A DNA stretch of 64,000 nt from Takakia lepidozioides (Eukaryota > Plantae > Bryophyta), in NCBI GenBank assembly GCA_030704615.1, contig CM060733.1, forward strand, positions 74,090,001 through 74,154,000, written 5' to 3'. The notes beneath the pieces were generated by a model, which was not told where the DNA came from, did no database searches, and saw only the letters and a program-made list of their open reading frames with translations. The translations under genes were made by a program, and so were the position numbers. Shown here in pieces: positions 23,669 through 35,948 of this stretch (its first letter is position 1; every line of letters starts with the position of its first letter).

Positions 23669-26600
23669 ATGGACTCCCGTGTTTGGGTCAACGTGTACTT
23701 CCATCCTGATTCTCTGAAAGCTAAAATACCCTGCGACCAAGGATTTGCGATTGTCACTGAGCAGTACTTGTGTGTGAAGTTCGGGCTTCGCCCTGGAACG
23801 GTGTTTTTGGAAGAGGAGACGAAGGATGCTTATGGAAATTTTGTGGAAAGTGCCGTCATTCTGCATGCAGATTTCGGAAAAGGCAAAGAGTGGCGGCTCC
23901 CAGCTTCTGAATCCATCCGGTACAGTGCCATTGGTGAAATCGTGCCTAAAGAGTTCCCACGCTGGAACTTGGTTGATCCTCCTTCCACAAGAGGGTCTGG
24001 CGTGCAAGATGTGAAGGATGTGGGCACCTCTTCACAAGCAGAGAAGCCCAAACATGTGAAAAGGGAAATCCAGGAAAACAGGGAAACAGTCGTCCAGGAC
24101 TTATCCAGTGACGATGAAGACTGTATGGTCCTTCCATCGTATGTTTCGAAGTCGTCCGTCACTAGGAGTGTTCAGCATACACCGTCCGACTCAACTTCCG
24201 TCCGCTCAGTAATCGACATATTGCGGAGGATGAAGACAACGGGTTCCCGCTCCAGTGACCTTCTTAGGCTTGATTACGACAAAACTCCAATCCATTCTGT
24301 GGAAACTTTGCCTGATGTTGTGGATGGGAATGCTATCTACGAGTTCCCTCCAGTGCCGGCAGGCGCAGGCCCAGACGGCATGCTCGCAGGAATGAACAGG
24401 AAACATGACGGCCACCCTTGGTGTGTCACCAAAACTTCATCGTCCAACCTGGGTGATGGAGTTCGAGTGAGATATGTATTGTGTGTTGGGCATCTTAAAT
24501 GTTTCTCGAGCACATGTTACCATTACACTAGCAAAGGCACCAGGAATGAGACTGACTGGATTGGCAATTTGTCGACCCCATTTTGGCCTCAAGGTAGAGT
24601 TCCTGCAGGGACGTTCAAGTGTGCCCATTGCAACGCAGCCCCTACGTGCATGGCAGTGTGCAACGCCAAGCAGTACTACGTCGGGACCGTCGGCCCAGCG
24701 TGCACCAGAGCATGCATTCACATCGGAAAGCATGAGCACCCCCTCGCCAGAGGCAATTGCAGAGTCGCTTTTCAACAAGCCCAGGATATTATCAAGGAGG
24801 AGGTGAGGTTGAGGCCGGGTGCAAAAACCAAAGCAGATACAGCTCGCATCGGCACATAGGATTGCAATTGGCAGAATAATGTCGGAGGACGGAAGCACAA
24901 GAGAGAAGCTGGGCGAGGGGGACATGAAGGACCTGCTGGAAGCTGTCTCCCATGTGTGCAGCCCCAATGTCAGGAACCACATTGTCAGCTGCAAGAAACG
25001 AATCGGAAGAGGATCAGACATGCACTCCATCTTGGAAGTGAAACGCACATGCGGCTACGACTTCATCCAAGGCAGCTTCTTTCCTGGTCAAGGCTCGGAG
25101 ATGGACAGGTGCTTCATATTTAAGATGTCAACGTGCGGACCGGGGAGTGGCGTCGATTTGGTGAAGCGGATGACCAGTGGAGACCTCTCAAATTGTTGGG
25201 TCATGTTTGACCACATCCGGCGAATTACCAACCACGATTGGGTGACAATGGGGCACATGTATACGACCCACATTGCAGAAAGTTGATGACCATTGCCACA
25301 TTGCAGAAAGTTGATGACCATTGCTATCTGCGAAATGAAGGGAGAAGACACAGATTCGGAGTTGCATATGTGGCGCGGAATTAATGAGCAAATGGCGAGA
25401 GCCAAGTTGCCCCCTCCCGATTTTAGGGGCTTCATGGCTGACAATGCCCAGGCAAACTGGGCTGCAGTTAGGAGGGTATATGGGGACGACCCAAAGACTC
25501 CAATGGAAGGAAAGGAGAGATCTTGCGGGTTCCACTTCATGCAGAGTTTGACGCAAAACACGAAAAGGTTCGTGGCGTCACGCCACCGGCAGGATCATAT
25601 CAGTATGTGCCTAGCATGGAAAAATGCGAATTCCATCGACGAGGCGGAGACCGAGTTTGCAACCATACGCGCCTGGTGGGTGTCTTCAGGGGCAGTGGAT
25701 GTGAAAGATCAGCCAGAACTGCAAACGTGGCTTGCGTGGTGGCATTATAGATTCCGCCAGTTTGGAGACTACATGAGACAGGTAACACATTTCTGTACTT
25801 GACAATGTTCTGTTTTGTGCTTGGACATTCTCCACAATCAGTGACATATCTAATTTCCTTCAACAGGACATGAGCTTGGAGGATGACACGGATATGCCGA
25901 CGACGAACATGGCCGAATTGGTGCACTCTTCCTGGCGTGCTTCCTCTGCAACACATCTCGTTGACATGTTGACAGCAACAACAGAAGATATTGTGAGGGC
26001 CATCATGCAACAATCTCATTACTACCAGTTTCTGGGAGGAAAGCAATGGGGTATCGGACCAGACAGGCAGGAGATGCTGATGAGGGCGGCGCATCGTTCG
26101 ACCGATCCCAAAAAATGGACTGCTGCATTGCGGGAAACTATAAGGTCAACGCCGTTACACATCGGGGGACTGCCTGGAGGGCGATGTCCGCAGCCGGTCG
26201 GTGAAGAGAAGAATTGAGGACATGCCCGGAGGGGATGGGGATTCATGGAGATCAGATATGAACATCCGCACTCAACCTCGGGGCGCAACGATGTTGCGTC
26301 CCACGCCTCCACGAAGCAGGATCGTACCCCCTCTCCTGCAGCATCCATGGAATCGCTGCCAAACTCGGGACAACATGCCGAGGATGGGCATGTTGCTCCT
26401 GTTTTCGTTACCCAATACAACATTCCAATCGTGGAGCGAGATGTGTCGGCCTCGCAGTGGAGAATTGCACGGACCCGTCCGACATTTCGTGGCAAATGTT
26501 GTGCTGTTCGTGTCGACACCAACCAGAGATGCAATGAGATGATTCGGAGGAGCCCGCAGGGCGGTGTGCCTGCCCCTTGCTTCACAGGGAGATTTGTGTG

Positions 26601-27288
26601 CGCAAAGTTTGTGGAGGCCACACTGAAGGAGTTTTGGTTCTGCAGGCACGACATCATGTCGTGTGTGTTCGGCAAGCCCAAGTATGGTGTACAAGGCATG
26701 CCTGAACCACCGGCAGTCTGGCCTGTGGCAACTGGTACAGATCTTACCCTGGAGGAGGTAGACGCTCTAGGAAGTGCAGGGTTTCGACTGGTGGAGAGGA
26801 CAGACGTTCCACGAAATCCAATTCCCAATCGTCATCCTCCTCCCACGAGAAGCTCTTCGCCCCGCATACCGGTGGGTGACCCGCAGCTTGGCCACCCATC
26901 GTGGGGTAAACTGAAAAGACGGCAGCCACCAACAAAGGCGAACGACACCAGGATGGCCAACGCCTTGCAATGCCCTGCATAGTGCAAGGTTGCAGGGATG
27001 TTCCTCACCCCGGGATGGGGCGCATATTTCAGTTGTCAACAGCCGGGTCTGCTGCGCGCAGTGTCGTGTATGCAATCACGGTTTCACAGTACCCCAGCTT
27101 GCAACTGTGAGGACTTCCTTGTTATGGAATCGAGGAATGCAGCATACGTCCCCTGCAAACACCTTTATTACATTTTTATGAAGCGCATGAGTTGCATATC
27201 CGCAGTGGACGTCTTCATCCATGCTCCAACACTGAGTTTCAACGAGCTGCACAAGGCCCTACGGCAGGATACTGGTCGGACTGCTTGA
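23669..27288 (+). pseudogene. Family B GCM-like + MULE DDE + SWIM transposase (near complete)
   Basis: HDGHPWC..CVGHLKC..C..CAHC..C..IGKHEHP (GCM/WRKY-like Zn domain); WVMFDH, FMADNAQANWAAV, ERSCGFHFMQSL (CxxH), TTNMAE; CNCEDF..CKHLYYIF (SWIM); intron ~25782-25867; frameshifts near 24830, 25290 (28-bp duplication) and 26200; stop at 26980. Confidence 0.9.
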
Positions 27289-27769
27289 CATTCCACATTC
27301 GGGAAGGAGAAAGTGGCAATTATATTACATTCATCTTCTTGCACCCTATTTTTTTGTGAGGAATTATACACTTGGTGGTGCCGCATCGCCATGGCTACAT
27401 GTGAATTTCATCCACCTTTATGAGAAGACTCCAATTTGCTACAAATACATTGTTACTTTCTGCAAATGTGATGCCTTTACAAGATTGCTAGTTCTGTGTC
27501 CCAGTGGGAAGGTCCTACTGCACATTCCAGCATTTGCATACTGCACCTTGTGCAAACAGCATCGACAAATGACACGTCCCGCATACTGGCAGTGAATTGC
27601 AAATAACATTACAGAAGATTATCGAAGCCTGTATATTCCCCATATGGCACAGGACAAAAGTTGATTTCTGAATGAAAAATGTATGAGATGCCATGAAGCT
27701 TGATTTCTGAATGAAAATGTATGTGCCATGAGTGTCAAGTTGAAACATGTCTACTCTAGCATGCAAGAC

Positions 27770-28322
27770 CTATGGTCCCCCTCGCCAAGAAGAAGGAACT
27801 CGAACTGGCCTCTCAAGGACCTCCTCAGTGACCGGGTGCCTATATTTGAACAAAATGTCAGTGGTTTCTGTCGCCCGGTTGAAACTAACGAGGATGTCGT
27901 GTTTATCGATAGCGCCCCCTTGGTAGAAGGACATTTTCACAGTGGGCCCCTGTGTTCCCCTCCTCCTCATCCTCATAACTGAAGAGAATGTCCCCACTTT
28001 CCGAGCCAGTCCGTCCACGCGTAAAGTTTTCACCTATGCACTCATCATACGTCCACTCGCAACAATTCCAGCGATACAGCAACGCTGTGCGTGATCTGTT
28101 GGCTCCCACACATGCGGAAAGTCCAGGTCCATGATGCGTAGGAACCACCTGCTCCCCCAGCCGGGGTCCAGGAGAATCGTGCAATCCTGGAAGAAACTCC
28201 ATTGCTCTCAGCTGGACAAGTCGAGGATCGTCCCTGTAAACATCCAGGAAGACAATGATGTCGTCTGCTTTCGGGAAAATGACCCTCGTCTGGCGTCGAT
28301 AGATGTGATTCGGGCACGACAT
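27770..28322 (-). pseudogene. Family B 'RWNCC' accessory gene of unknown function
   Basis: DIIVFLDV..LRAMEFLPG..RTALLYRWNCCEWT..GGAIDKHDILV; homologous to 60521-61084; frameshifted. Confidence 0.7.
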
Positions 28323-28439
28323 GGCCTCACGACACAGCACGAACTCAAAGCAGGGAGGAGATGGGCACAACAGAGAAGAGTGAAGAGCAAAATGAGAGCA
28401 AGGCCTCCCTCACCGTAAGGCGGGTATTTGCTCTCCGAC

Positions 28440-28920
28440 GCCCAATTTCGGCGCCGTTATTACATGGAGTGCGGAAGCTTCAGCCGAGAATTTTGTTTCC
28501 GCAGGTCAATTTTGGCGCCGTTATTGGTTGCAATCCCCAGCCTTCAGCCGGGTATTTGGTTTCCGGACCCAATTTCGGCGCCGTTATCGGCTGCACTCCG
28601 GTGGCTTCAGCCGAGTATTTGGTTTCCGGGGCCCATTTCGGCGCCGTTATCGCCTGCACTCCGGAGGATGCAGCCGGGTATTTGGTTGGCAGAGCCCAAT
28701 TACTTTCACCGTTGTTGGCTTCACTCCCGAGCCTTCAGCGCGCTATTTCTTTTCCTGTCCCAATTACGGCGTCGTTATACCCAACCATCCTGCACTTCTG
28801 CAATAGTACTATCCACGGTTATAGGTCGCCATTGCGTTTTCGGAGTCTGCAAACCCGGATCCGAATTCCGCTTGCGTCTCTGCCTCTGGGATAATTTCGG
28901 TGCCGTTATTGCCCAGAATT
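28440..28920. repeat. Family B subterminal array of a variant palindrome (AATTTCGGCGCCGTTAT)
   Basis: ~60-67-bp units at 28444, 28509, 28571 and 28635, then degenerate. Confidence 0.8.
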
Positions 28921-29219
28921 CAGTTATTCTATGACCTGGCCTGGCGTCCATGACGCCTGGGCTCCAAGTCATGCGTACACTGTTTCATTTACGTCAAGCA
29001 CAAAACCACGAAACTTTTACTCCATTATGCGAGTGCTTTCCAGCTTCATTTAGCCCAAAATCTTCATTTTATTGATTTTTACCTATTTGAAGCTTATCAT
29101 AAATTCAAAAAATACCCCTTTTTGTACTCATGAGCAGTGCCCAGCATGACGCGGAAATCTTCGATTTTTGATTTTTAAGTTTTTGGCCGAAAAATCTGCG
29201 ATTCGAAGTGTGTTTACTT

Positions 29220-29296
29220 TGCGGCTCATGGTTAGCCATGCCCGCTCATGAGCTCATGAGCTCACCGCTCATGAGCTCATGGAATAGCAACCCCCC
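29220..29296 (-). mobile_element. Terminus of element B (transposase side)
   Basis: (GCTCAT)n-GGAATAGCAACCCCCC followed by (C)AGACAAATC, a TSD shared with 59033-59042. Confidence 0.85.
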
Positions 29297-30174
29297 AGAC
29301 AAATCTAAGCCCTTCCTCTTTCTACATGGGCGTCACCAAGTTGACGGAACTTCGATAGCCCTCAAAATAAGCTCATTACTAATGCGGCACCTCGAGGTAA
29401 ACTGCAATGCGTCGTTCTGGTGCTCTTTGTGGAGCTGACCACAATGTCATGCCATCAATGATACCACCATCAACATTGACAAGTCATTGTGGGCCTCATG
29501 GGCCCGTGCGATTCATCTTCGCAACTCAGCCGAATGTCTCCATACACTGAAGAGCGGAGTGAACTCCACGAATATAGTTTTCCCCGGTGCCGTCCTCCCT
29601 GGTCCACTGGCAGCAGTTCCAGCGCCAAAGCGAGGCCGTGCGTGATCTGTCCGGCATCCCATTCCAGCTTGGTATATCGAGGTCAACAATTTTCAGGACC
29701 CACGGACCGCTCGAAAGTTCTTATTGGACAATGTAATGCGGTGCCGCATTTCCATCCAAGGGTCTGGAATTGGACAAACAACGATGTCCGTTTTGGAAAT
29801 GCGTCTGCAGTTGGAAAAACGTCCATCTCCAAAATGGAAATGCGGCACCGCATGAGAACCACAGTTCGGAAATGCATTTGACAAAAAATCAGGCGAGCCC
29901 GAATCCTTTCTTCCAAAAGTCCTCGGAGTACCTGTTCCAAGATGGCAAAGCTTGCAGTCCTTCCACAGGCTCTTTGTCCGGAATATCCAAGATGATCATA
30001 TCGCAAGACCACTCGGTGGCATTTCCGCCCCTCCTGCAATCCTTGTCTGCATACACCCTCTCAAAGAACGAGACCATCTTCAGAAACCCAGGGGTGTCGG
30101 AAGTCTCTTCAGCAGCCGCCTTCTTCAGTGCTATGCCCTTCAAACCCTCCATGGTCTTCATGTATGCCAACTTG
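29297..30174. mobile_element. Rearranged fragments of element A3 (3' part of an RWNCC gene, palindromes, MTase exon piece)
   Basis: 29297-29710 matches 44295-44714; 29711-29850 is the reverse complement of the A array; 29890-30174 is the reverse complement of the DIPD exon. Confidence 0.85.
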
Positions 30175-31505
30175 GAGAGGTAAATTGGGTTAATCGTGTG
30201 TTTGCACAGTGCCGAAATCGGGTGACTCCCATCCAAGGGGCAAGGAAACTTGCGCCTTCTTTGGGAGTTCACTTGCTAGTGCGCACCTGGCGCGTGCGCA
30301 TACATAACTGCGCTACCGAGGGGGGTTGCCTTGTAGTGCGGGCTAACGCGGAACCTACGTGCTTCCGTTCACGTACTATAATCGTGTAGCCTCGGGACGA
30401 AGTCATAGTGCGGCTTCGGCGTGTTCCCGTACCTCAGGCCAGCATTCCAAGGCGGACCCAATTGTAGTGATTGGGGCGCGCGGTTGGTTCAAGGTATCTT
30501 TCTAGTCAAGAGGGTTCGAGGTGACCCTTGCTCAAGGCAATGCCCAAAGCGGCATCATGAGCGGTCGCAAGCAATGTTGTTGCAGTAAGGCGATTCGATC
30601 CTCCTGGGAGGATCGTTCCTTTGGCCTTGAAAGTAGGCCAAGAAGAGTGCACTGGGGGAGCTTGAGAGGCTCCACCCTGGCCGGGACTTGGAGGAAGTCC
30701 GGCCGAACTAGCTAGTGGAGAGTAAGTCAAGTATGGGGTTTGGTTCTTTGCCATGGGACGCCTGGTACCGAAACAAACTCCTTGATGTGGGACGCCACAA
30801 CTTGGATGTTCGTTTCTACAAAATGGACAAGTCGATGAGGACATCGACTCCCTGTTGGTAGGGGTGTGTGTCGCGGCCCTTTGCCTTGAGGGCAGGGGGT
30901 CGGGACAAATGAGGGGCTGCCCCTGTGGTGGGGGCAGCGGCAGCGATAGGTATGGGGGCTGAAGCCCCCTTGAGTGCCCAAGGCACTCAGGAAGCGGAAG
31001 CGCTCACTAGGTGGAGCCCCGCACACCGGGTTGCGGTGGGGGTGGCGCCACAAGGGGTGGTGGTAGCTTAGTGGGACTTAGTGGGGTGGCATAGGACTCA
31101 CCATGGGGCGGAGACCTCGTGGTGGGAGCGTGGGGAATCTTGGACTCATCACGGTCCATAGGGGGGCCGTGGTGAGTGGGCCAAGACTCACCGCGACTCA
31201 ACACCGGGAGTCGAGGCCAAGACTCACCGCGACTCAACACCGGGAGTCGAGGCTAGTGAGTAAGCGAGCGAGCCGGAAAGCGACCAAAGAGTGGGGAGCT
31301 GTTGCGGACTGCCAACTACCAAAGGGAATTCCCGCTGGTTCCAAATCGGTGGAGGGTTCTTTGGGAGAACAAAGGGGGACCGTTATGCCCCGGTGAGCAG
31401 TCGAAGCTCCAAGTTGGCCCGGCGGCCAGGTTGGGAGTCAGGCGCGCGCATCAAAGCGAGTAACTATGACTTGAGGGGGAGCTTACCGAAGTGAGGTGCG
31501 CGACA
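30175..31505 (+). mobile_element. Chromovirus 3' UTR, PPT and internally deleted 3' LTR (30869-31505)
   Basis: TAGGGGTGTG-TGTCGCGGCC...GTGCGCGACA; inserted in the MTase exon at C|CGTGGTACC. Confidence 0.9.
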
Positions 31506-34333
31506 CGTGGTACCTGGACATGTCTGGCGGAATTGTTGACGAGTCTGAGAAAGATCTGCACGCGAAAGCAGAAGAGAAGAGAAAGGAAAGACGTGTCATT
31601 GTTGGGCCAGAGTCGGCAAAGGAAGCTCCTGCTCTGAAACAATCCAGAAAGGCAGCTGAGATGGCACAAGAAACGGTGGATACAGCTGTGCAGGCTCAAT
31701 AGAAGGGGTCGAAGAAGAGGACTTGCCAGCAAGGAGGAGCAGTTGTGACACCAAAGAAAACGAAGAAGCAGAAACAGATAGAGCAGGAAGAGGGTGATGA
31801 AGAGGACTCTGATGGAGACTTTGCAACCAGCCCACCCCCCAAAACGCAGCCAAAATCCCCTGTGCCCACCGTTGTCACGAGAGGGACGAGAACAGGCTCG
31901 GCAAAGAAGGCACTCTTCAACCCCCCGGGGGGGCACCCTTTCGAGCCGGTGGAAATCAAGAGGCCGAAAGTGGATCCCGATACAGTAGTCCAGTGTGTAA
32001 ATGAGAGTTTCTTGGTGGCTTTGGATGGACGGGCAGCCAGGTTGGCATACATGAAGACCATGGAGGGTCTGAAGGGCAGAGCATTGAAGAAGGCGGCTGC
32101 CGAAGAGCCTTCTGACACCCTTGGGTTTCTGAAGATGGTCTCGTTCTTTGAGAGGGTGTGTGCAGACAAGGATTGTAGGAGGGGCGGAAATGCCACCGAG
32201 TGGTCTTGCGATATGATCATCTTGGATATTCCGGACGGAGAGCCTGTGGAAGGACTGCAAGCTTTGCCATCTTGGAATAGGTACTCCGAGGACTTTTGGA
32301 AGAAAGGATTCGGGCTCGCCCGCATGGTGTTGGACGACAGAGGCTGTGTGGTTGTCCTCGCGAGCAGAGGCAAAAACACGCGGACAAGAATTGCGAAGTG
32401 GAACCGCAAGAGCGCCGTCCCAATTCTAAAGAAGAAGTGGACGTGCATCAACACATTGGGCCTTTGGTCGGAAGGGAAGAAGGTAATTACGACATTGGCA
32501 CTCGTCCTTTCATTTTCTTAGGTGTTTTGAAATGCGGTGCCGCATTCGATTTCTAATCGTTCCCCACTGTGTATGTAGACGAAGCAGTTCGATGCATACT
32601 GCTTTGTGAATGAGAACTCCACCTTTGCTTTCCGGAAGGAGGGATTGTTGGTTGACCGAACTGCGACCCCATCGATTAAGACGTCTGCAACAACACGTTC
32701 CCACGGAACTTCTCCCTCATAGCCTCACTCACTCAACGGAACCCCTGCGGTATTCACGGACTCGGAGCCCTGCCTTCATTCAGAAAAATATGGAGACATG
32801 CACTGACGTGGAGGGCACAGTGCTCGACCTCATCTGTGGGATAGGTATGCAGAATCTTGTTCTATATTGTTCTGCAAATTCTCGTTATCCTTTAATTCGC
32901 AACATTTGAAGGGCCATGTTATAATGTGTTGATGACATTGTAATAAGTGCCTCAATGTGGGCTGGGCGGTTTTCCGACCGGCACCTCTTTGCCTACGAGG
33001 AGGACACATCCATCTGGGGATCCCATCTGGAAGGGCTTCAACGGAATGTGAAGGCTCCCATCGAAGCCAAAGACTCCTCGGATTCGTCGGAGTCGGAGGA
33101 CAGTGGACATTGATGCCGAGGAGAACCCGGAATACGAGTGAGTGCAAACATTGTAAGTTTGCATAGCCTTCTGTTGGAAGACAGAGGCTGTGTGGTTGTC
33201 TTGGCGAGCAGAGGCAAAAACACGCAGACAAGAATTGCGAAGTGGACCCGCAAGAGCGCCGTCCCAATTCTGAAGAAGAAGTGGACGTGCATCAACACAT
33301 TGGGCCTTTGGTCGGAAGGGAAGAAGGTAATTACGACATTGGCACTCGTCCTTTCATTTTCTTAGGAGTTTTGAAATGCGGTGCCGCATTCGATTTTTAA
33401 TCGTTCCCCACTGTGTATGCAGATGAAGCAGTTCGATGCATACTGCTTTGTGAAGGAGAACTCCACCTTTGCTTTCCGGAAGGAGGGATTGTTGGTTGAC
33501 CCAAACTGCGACCCCATCGATTACGACGTCCTGTTCAACAACTTTCCCACAGAACTTCTCCCTCATAGCCTCACTTCAATTGAACCCCTGCGGTATTCAC
33601 GGACTCGGAGCCCTGCCTTCATTCAGACAATTATGGAGACATGCACTGACGTGGAGGGCACAGTGCTCGACCTCATCTGTGGGACAGGTATGGCAAAATC
33701 TTGTTCTATGTGTTCTGCAAATTCTCGTTATGCTTTAATTCGCAACATCTGAAGGGCCATGTCATAATGTGTGATGGCATTGTAACAGGTGCCTCAATGT
33801 GGGCTGGCGGTTTTCCGACCGGCACCTCTTTGCCTACGAGGAGGACACATCCGTTTGGGGATCCCATCTGGAAGGGCTGCAACGGAATGTGAAGGCTCCC
33901 ATCGAAGCCAAAGACTCCTCGGATTCGTCGGAGTCAGAGGAAGAGACAGTGGATATTGATGCCGAGGAGAACCCGGAATACGAGTGAGTGCAAACATTGT
34001 AAGTTTACAAAGCCTTCTGGGTGATTTTTTGTCAAACGCATTTCCGGACTATGGTTCTCATTGGTCTCGTTGGTGATTGTTATGTGCAGGATTCTAGGAT
34101 CCGGGTCGAAACATGTAGGGCCTACACTTCCTGCCAGGAAGAATGGCCCGCTCTTTGCGAGGGGCGACTTCATGACGTGCCCGGTGAAGGACTACTCCCT
34201 TCCTAGTTATGCAACTAAACTCGCAAATACAGCGAGTAGACGATGTGAGAATCCCAGTAAAGTAGAGCAGATTTTGGAGAGGGCTAGGGAGGATAGAAGG
34301 ATAAGGAAAGAGTTGGCAACAGCTGAGACAGGT
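31506..34333 (+). pseudogene. 3' half of the family A ParB-MTase gene (copy A2), with a tandem duplication of the last MTase exons
   Basis: Matches 10885-12868; 32335-33170 is repeated at 33175-34020; resumes at 42665. Confidence 0.9.
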
Positions 34334-35948
34334 TGTCGCGCACCTCCCTTCGGTAAGCTCCCCTTCACGTCATAGTTACTCGCTTTGATGCGCGCGCCTG
34401 ACTCCCAACCTGGCCGCCAGGCCAACTTGGAGCTTCGGCTGCTCACCGGGACATAACGGTCCCCCTTCGCTTCCCACTAAACCCTCCACCTATTTGGGAC
34501 TAGTGGAATTCCCTTTGGTAGATGGCAGTCCGGAACGGCTCCCCACTCCTTGGTCGCTTTCCGGCTCGCTCGCTTACTCACTAGTTTTTGGTCACCAACG
34601 GGCTTGCACCGTTCTCGGGGTTCTACTCCCTATATATACTTCTGTAGCTGTCCGCGGGGGTTTCATAACCAGCCATGCCATTTTATGGCGACCCACCACG
34701 AAAACCCTCGACTCCCGTGATGAGTCGCGGTGAGTCTTGGCCCACTCACCACGGCCCCTATGGACCGTGATGAGTCCCAAGACTCCCCACGACTCCCACC
34801 ACGAGGTCTCCGACCGCCCCCGTGGTGAGTCCTATGCCACCCCCAATAAGTCCCGCTAAGCTACCACCACCCTTGTGGAGCCACCCCCACCGCAACCCGG
34901 TGTGCGGGGCTCCACCGAGTGAGCGCCTCCGCCTCCCTTCAGTGCCTTGGGCACTCAAGGGTGCTTCAGCCCCCCATACCTATCGCTGCCACTGCCCCCA
35001 CCACAGGGGCAGCCCCTCATGTGTCCCCAGCCCCTGCCCTCAAGGCAAAGGGCCGCGACACACACCCCTACCAACAGGGAGTCGATGTCCTCATCGACTT
35101 GTCCATTTTGTAGAAACGAACATCCAAGTTGTGGCGTCCCACATCAAGGAGTTTGTTCCGTACCATGGCGTCCCATGGCAAAGAACAAACCCCACACTTG
35201 ATCTACTCTCCACTAGCTAGTTCGGCCGACTTCCTCCAAGTCCGGCCAAGGGTGGAGCCTCTCAAGCTCCCCCCAGTGCACTCTTCTTGGCCTACTTCAA
35301 GGCCAAGAACGATCCTCCCCGAGGATCGAATCGCCTTACTGCAACAACATTGCTTGCGACCGCTCATGATGCCACTTTTGGCATCACCTTGAGCAAGGGT
35401 TCACCTGGAATCCTCTTTGACTAGGAAGATAACCTTGAACCAACCCAACCATTGCGCCCCAATCACTACAATGGGTCCGCCTTGGATGCTGGCCTGAGGT
35501 ACGGGAACACGCCGAAGCCGCCTACGACTTCGTCCGAGGCTACACGATTATAGTACATGACGGAAGCACGTAGCTTCCGCGTTAGCCCGCACTACAAGGC
35601 ACCCCCTCGGTAGCGCATTTATAGTACGTGCACCGCCAGGTGCGCACTAGCACGTGAACTCCCAAAAAGGCGCAAGTTTCCTCCCCTTGGATGGGGTCAC
35701 CCGATTCGGCACTACGCAACACACACGATTAAAACCCATTTACCTCTCCCACTTTTATAAGCTAGCATGCATTCTACACAGCCACTCTGCAACCATTCCA
35801 TGCATCACCATTCCAAACAAATAGACCGCAACATGTTGGAATCCATTAGCACGTTTTGTACAATACAAGTTTTTGCAATCGGATTCCTAAGCTAGCTAAG
35901 CCGGGTCAAGCATGCATTCCCCCCCACGCTCCAAGGTTGATGTCCCCA

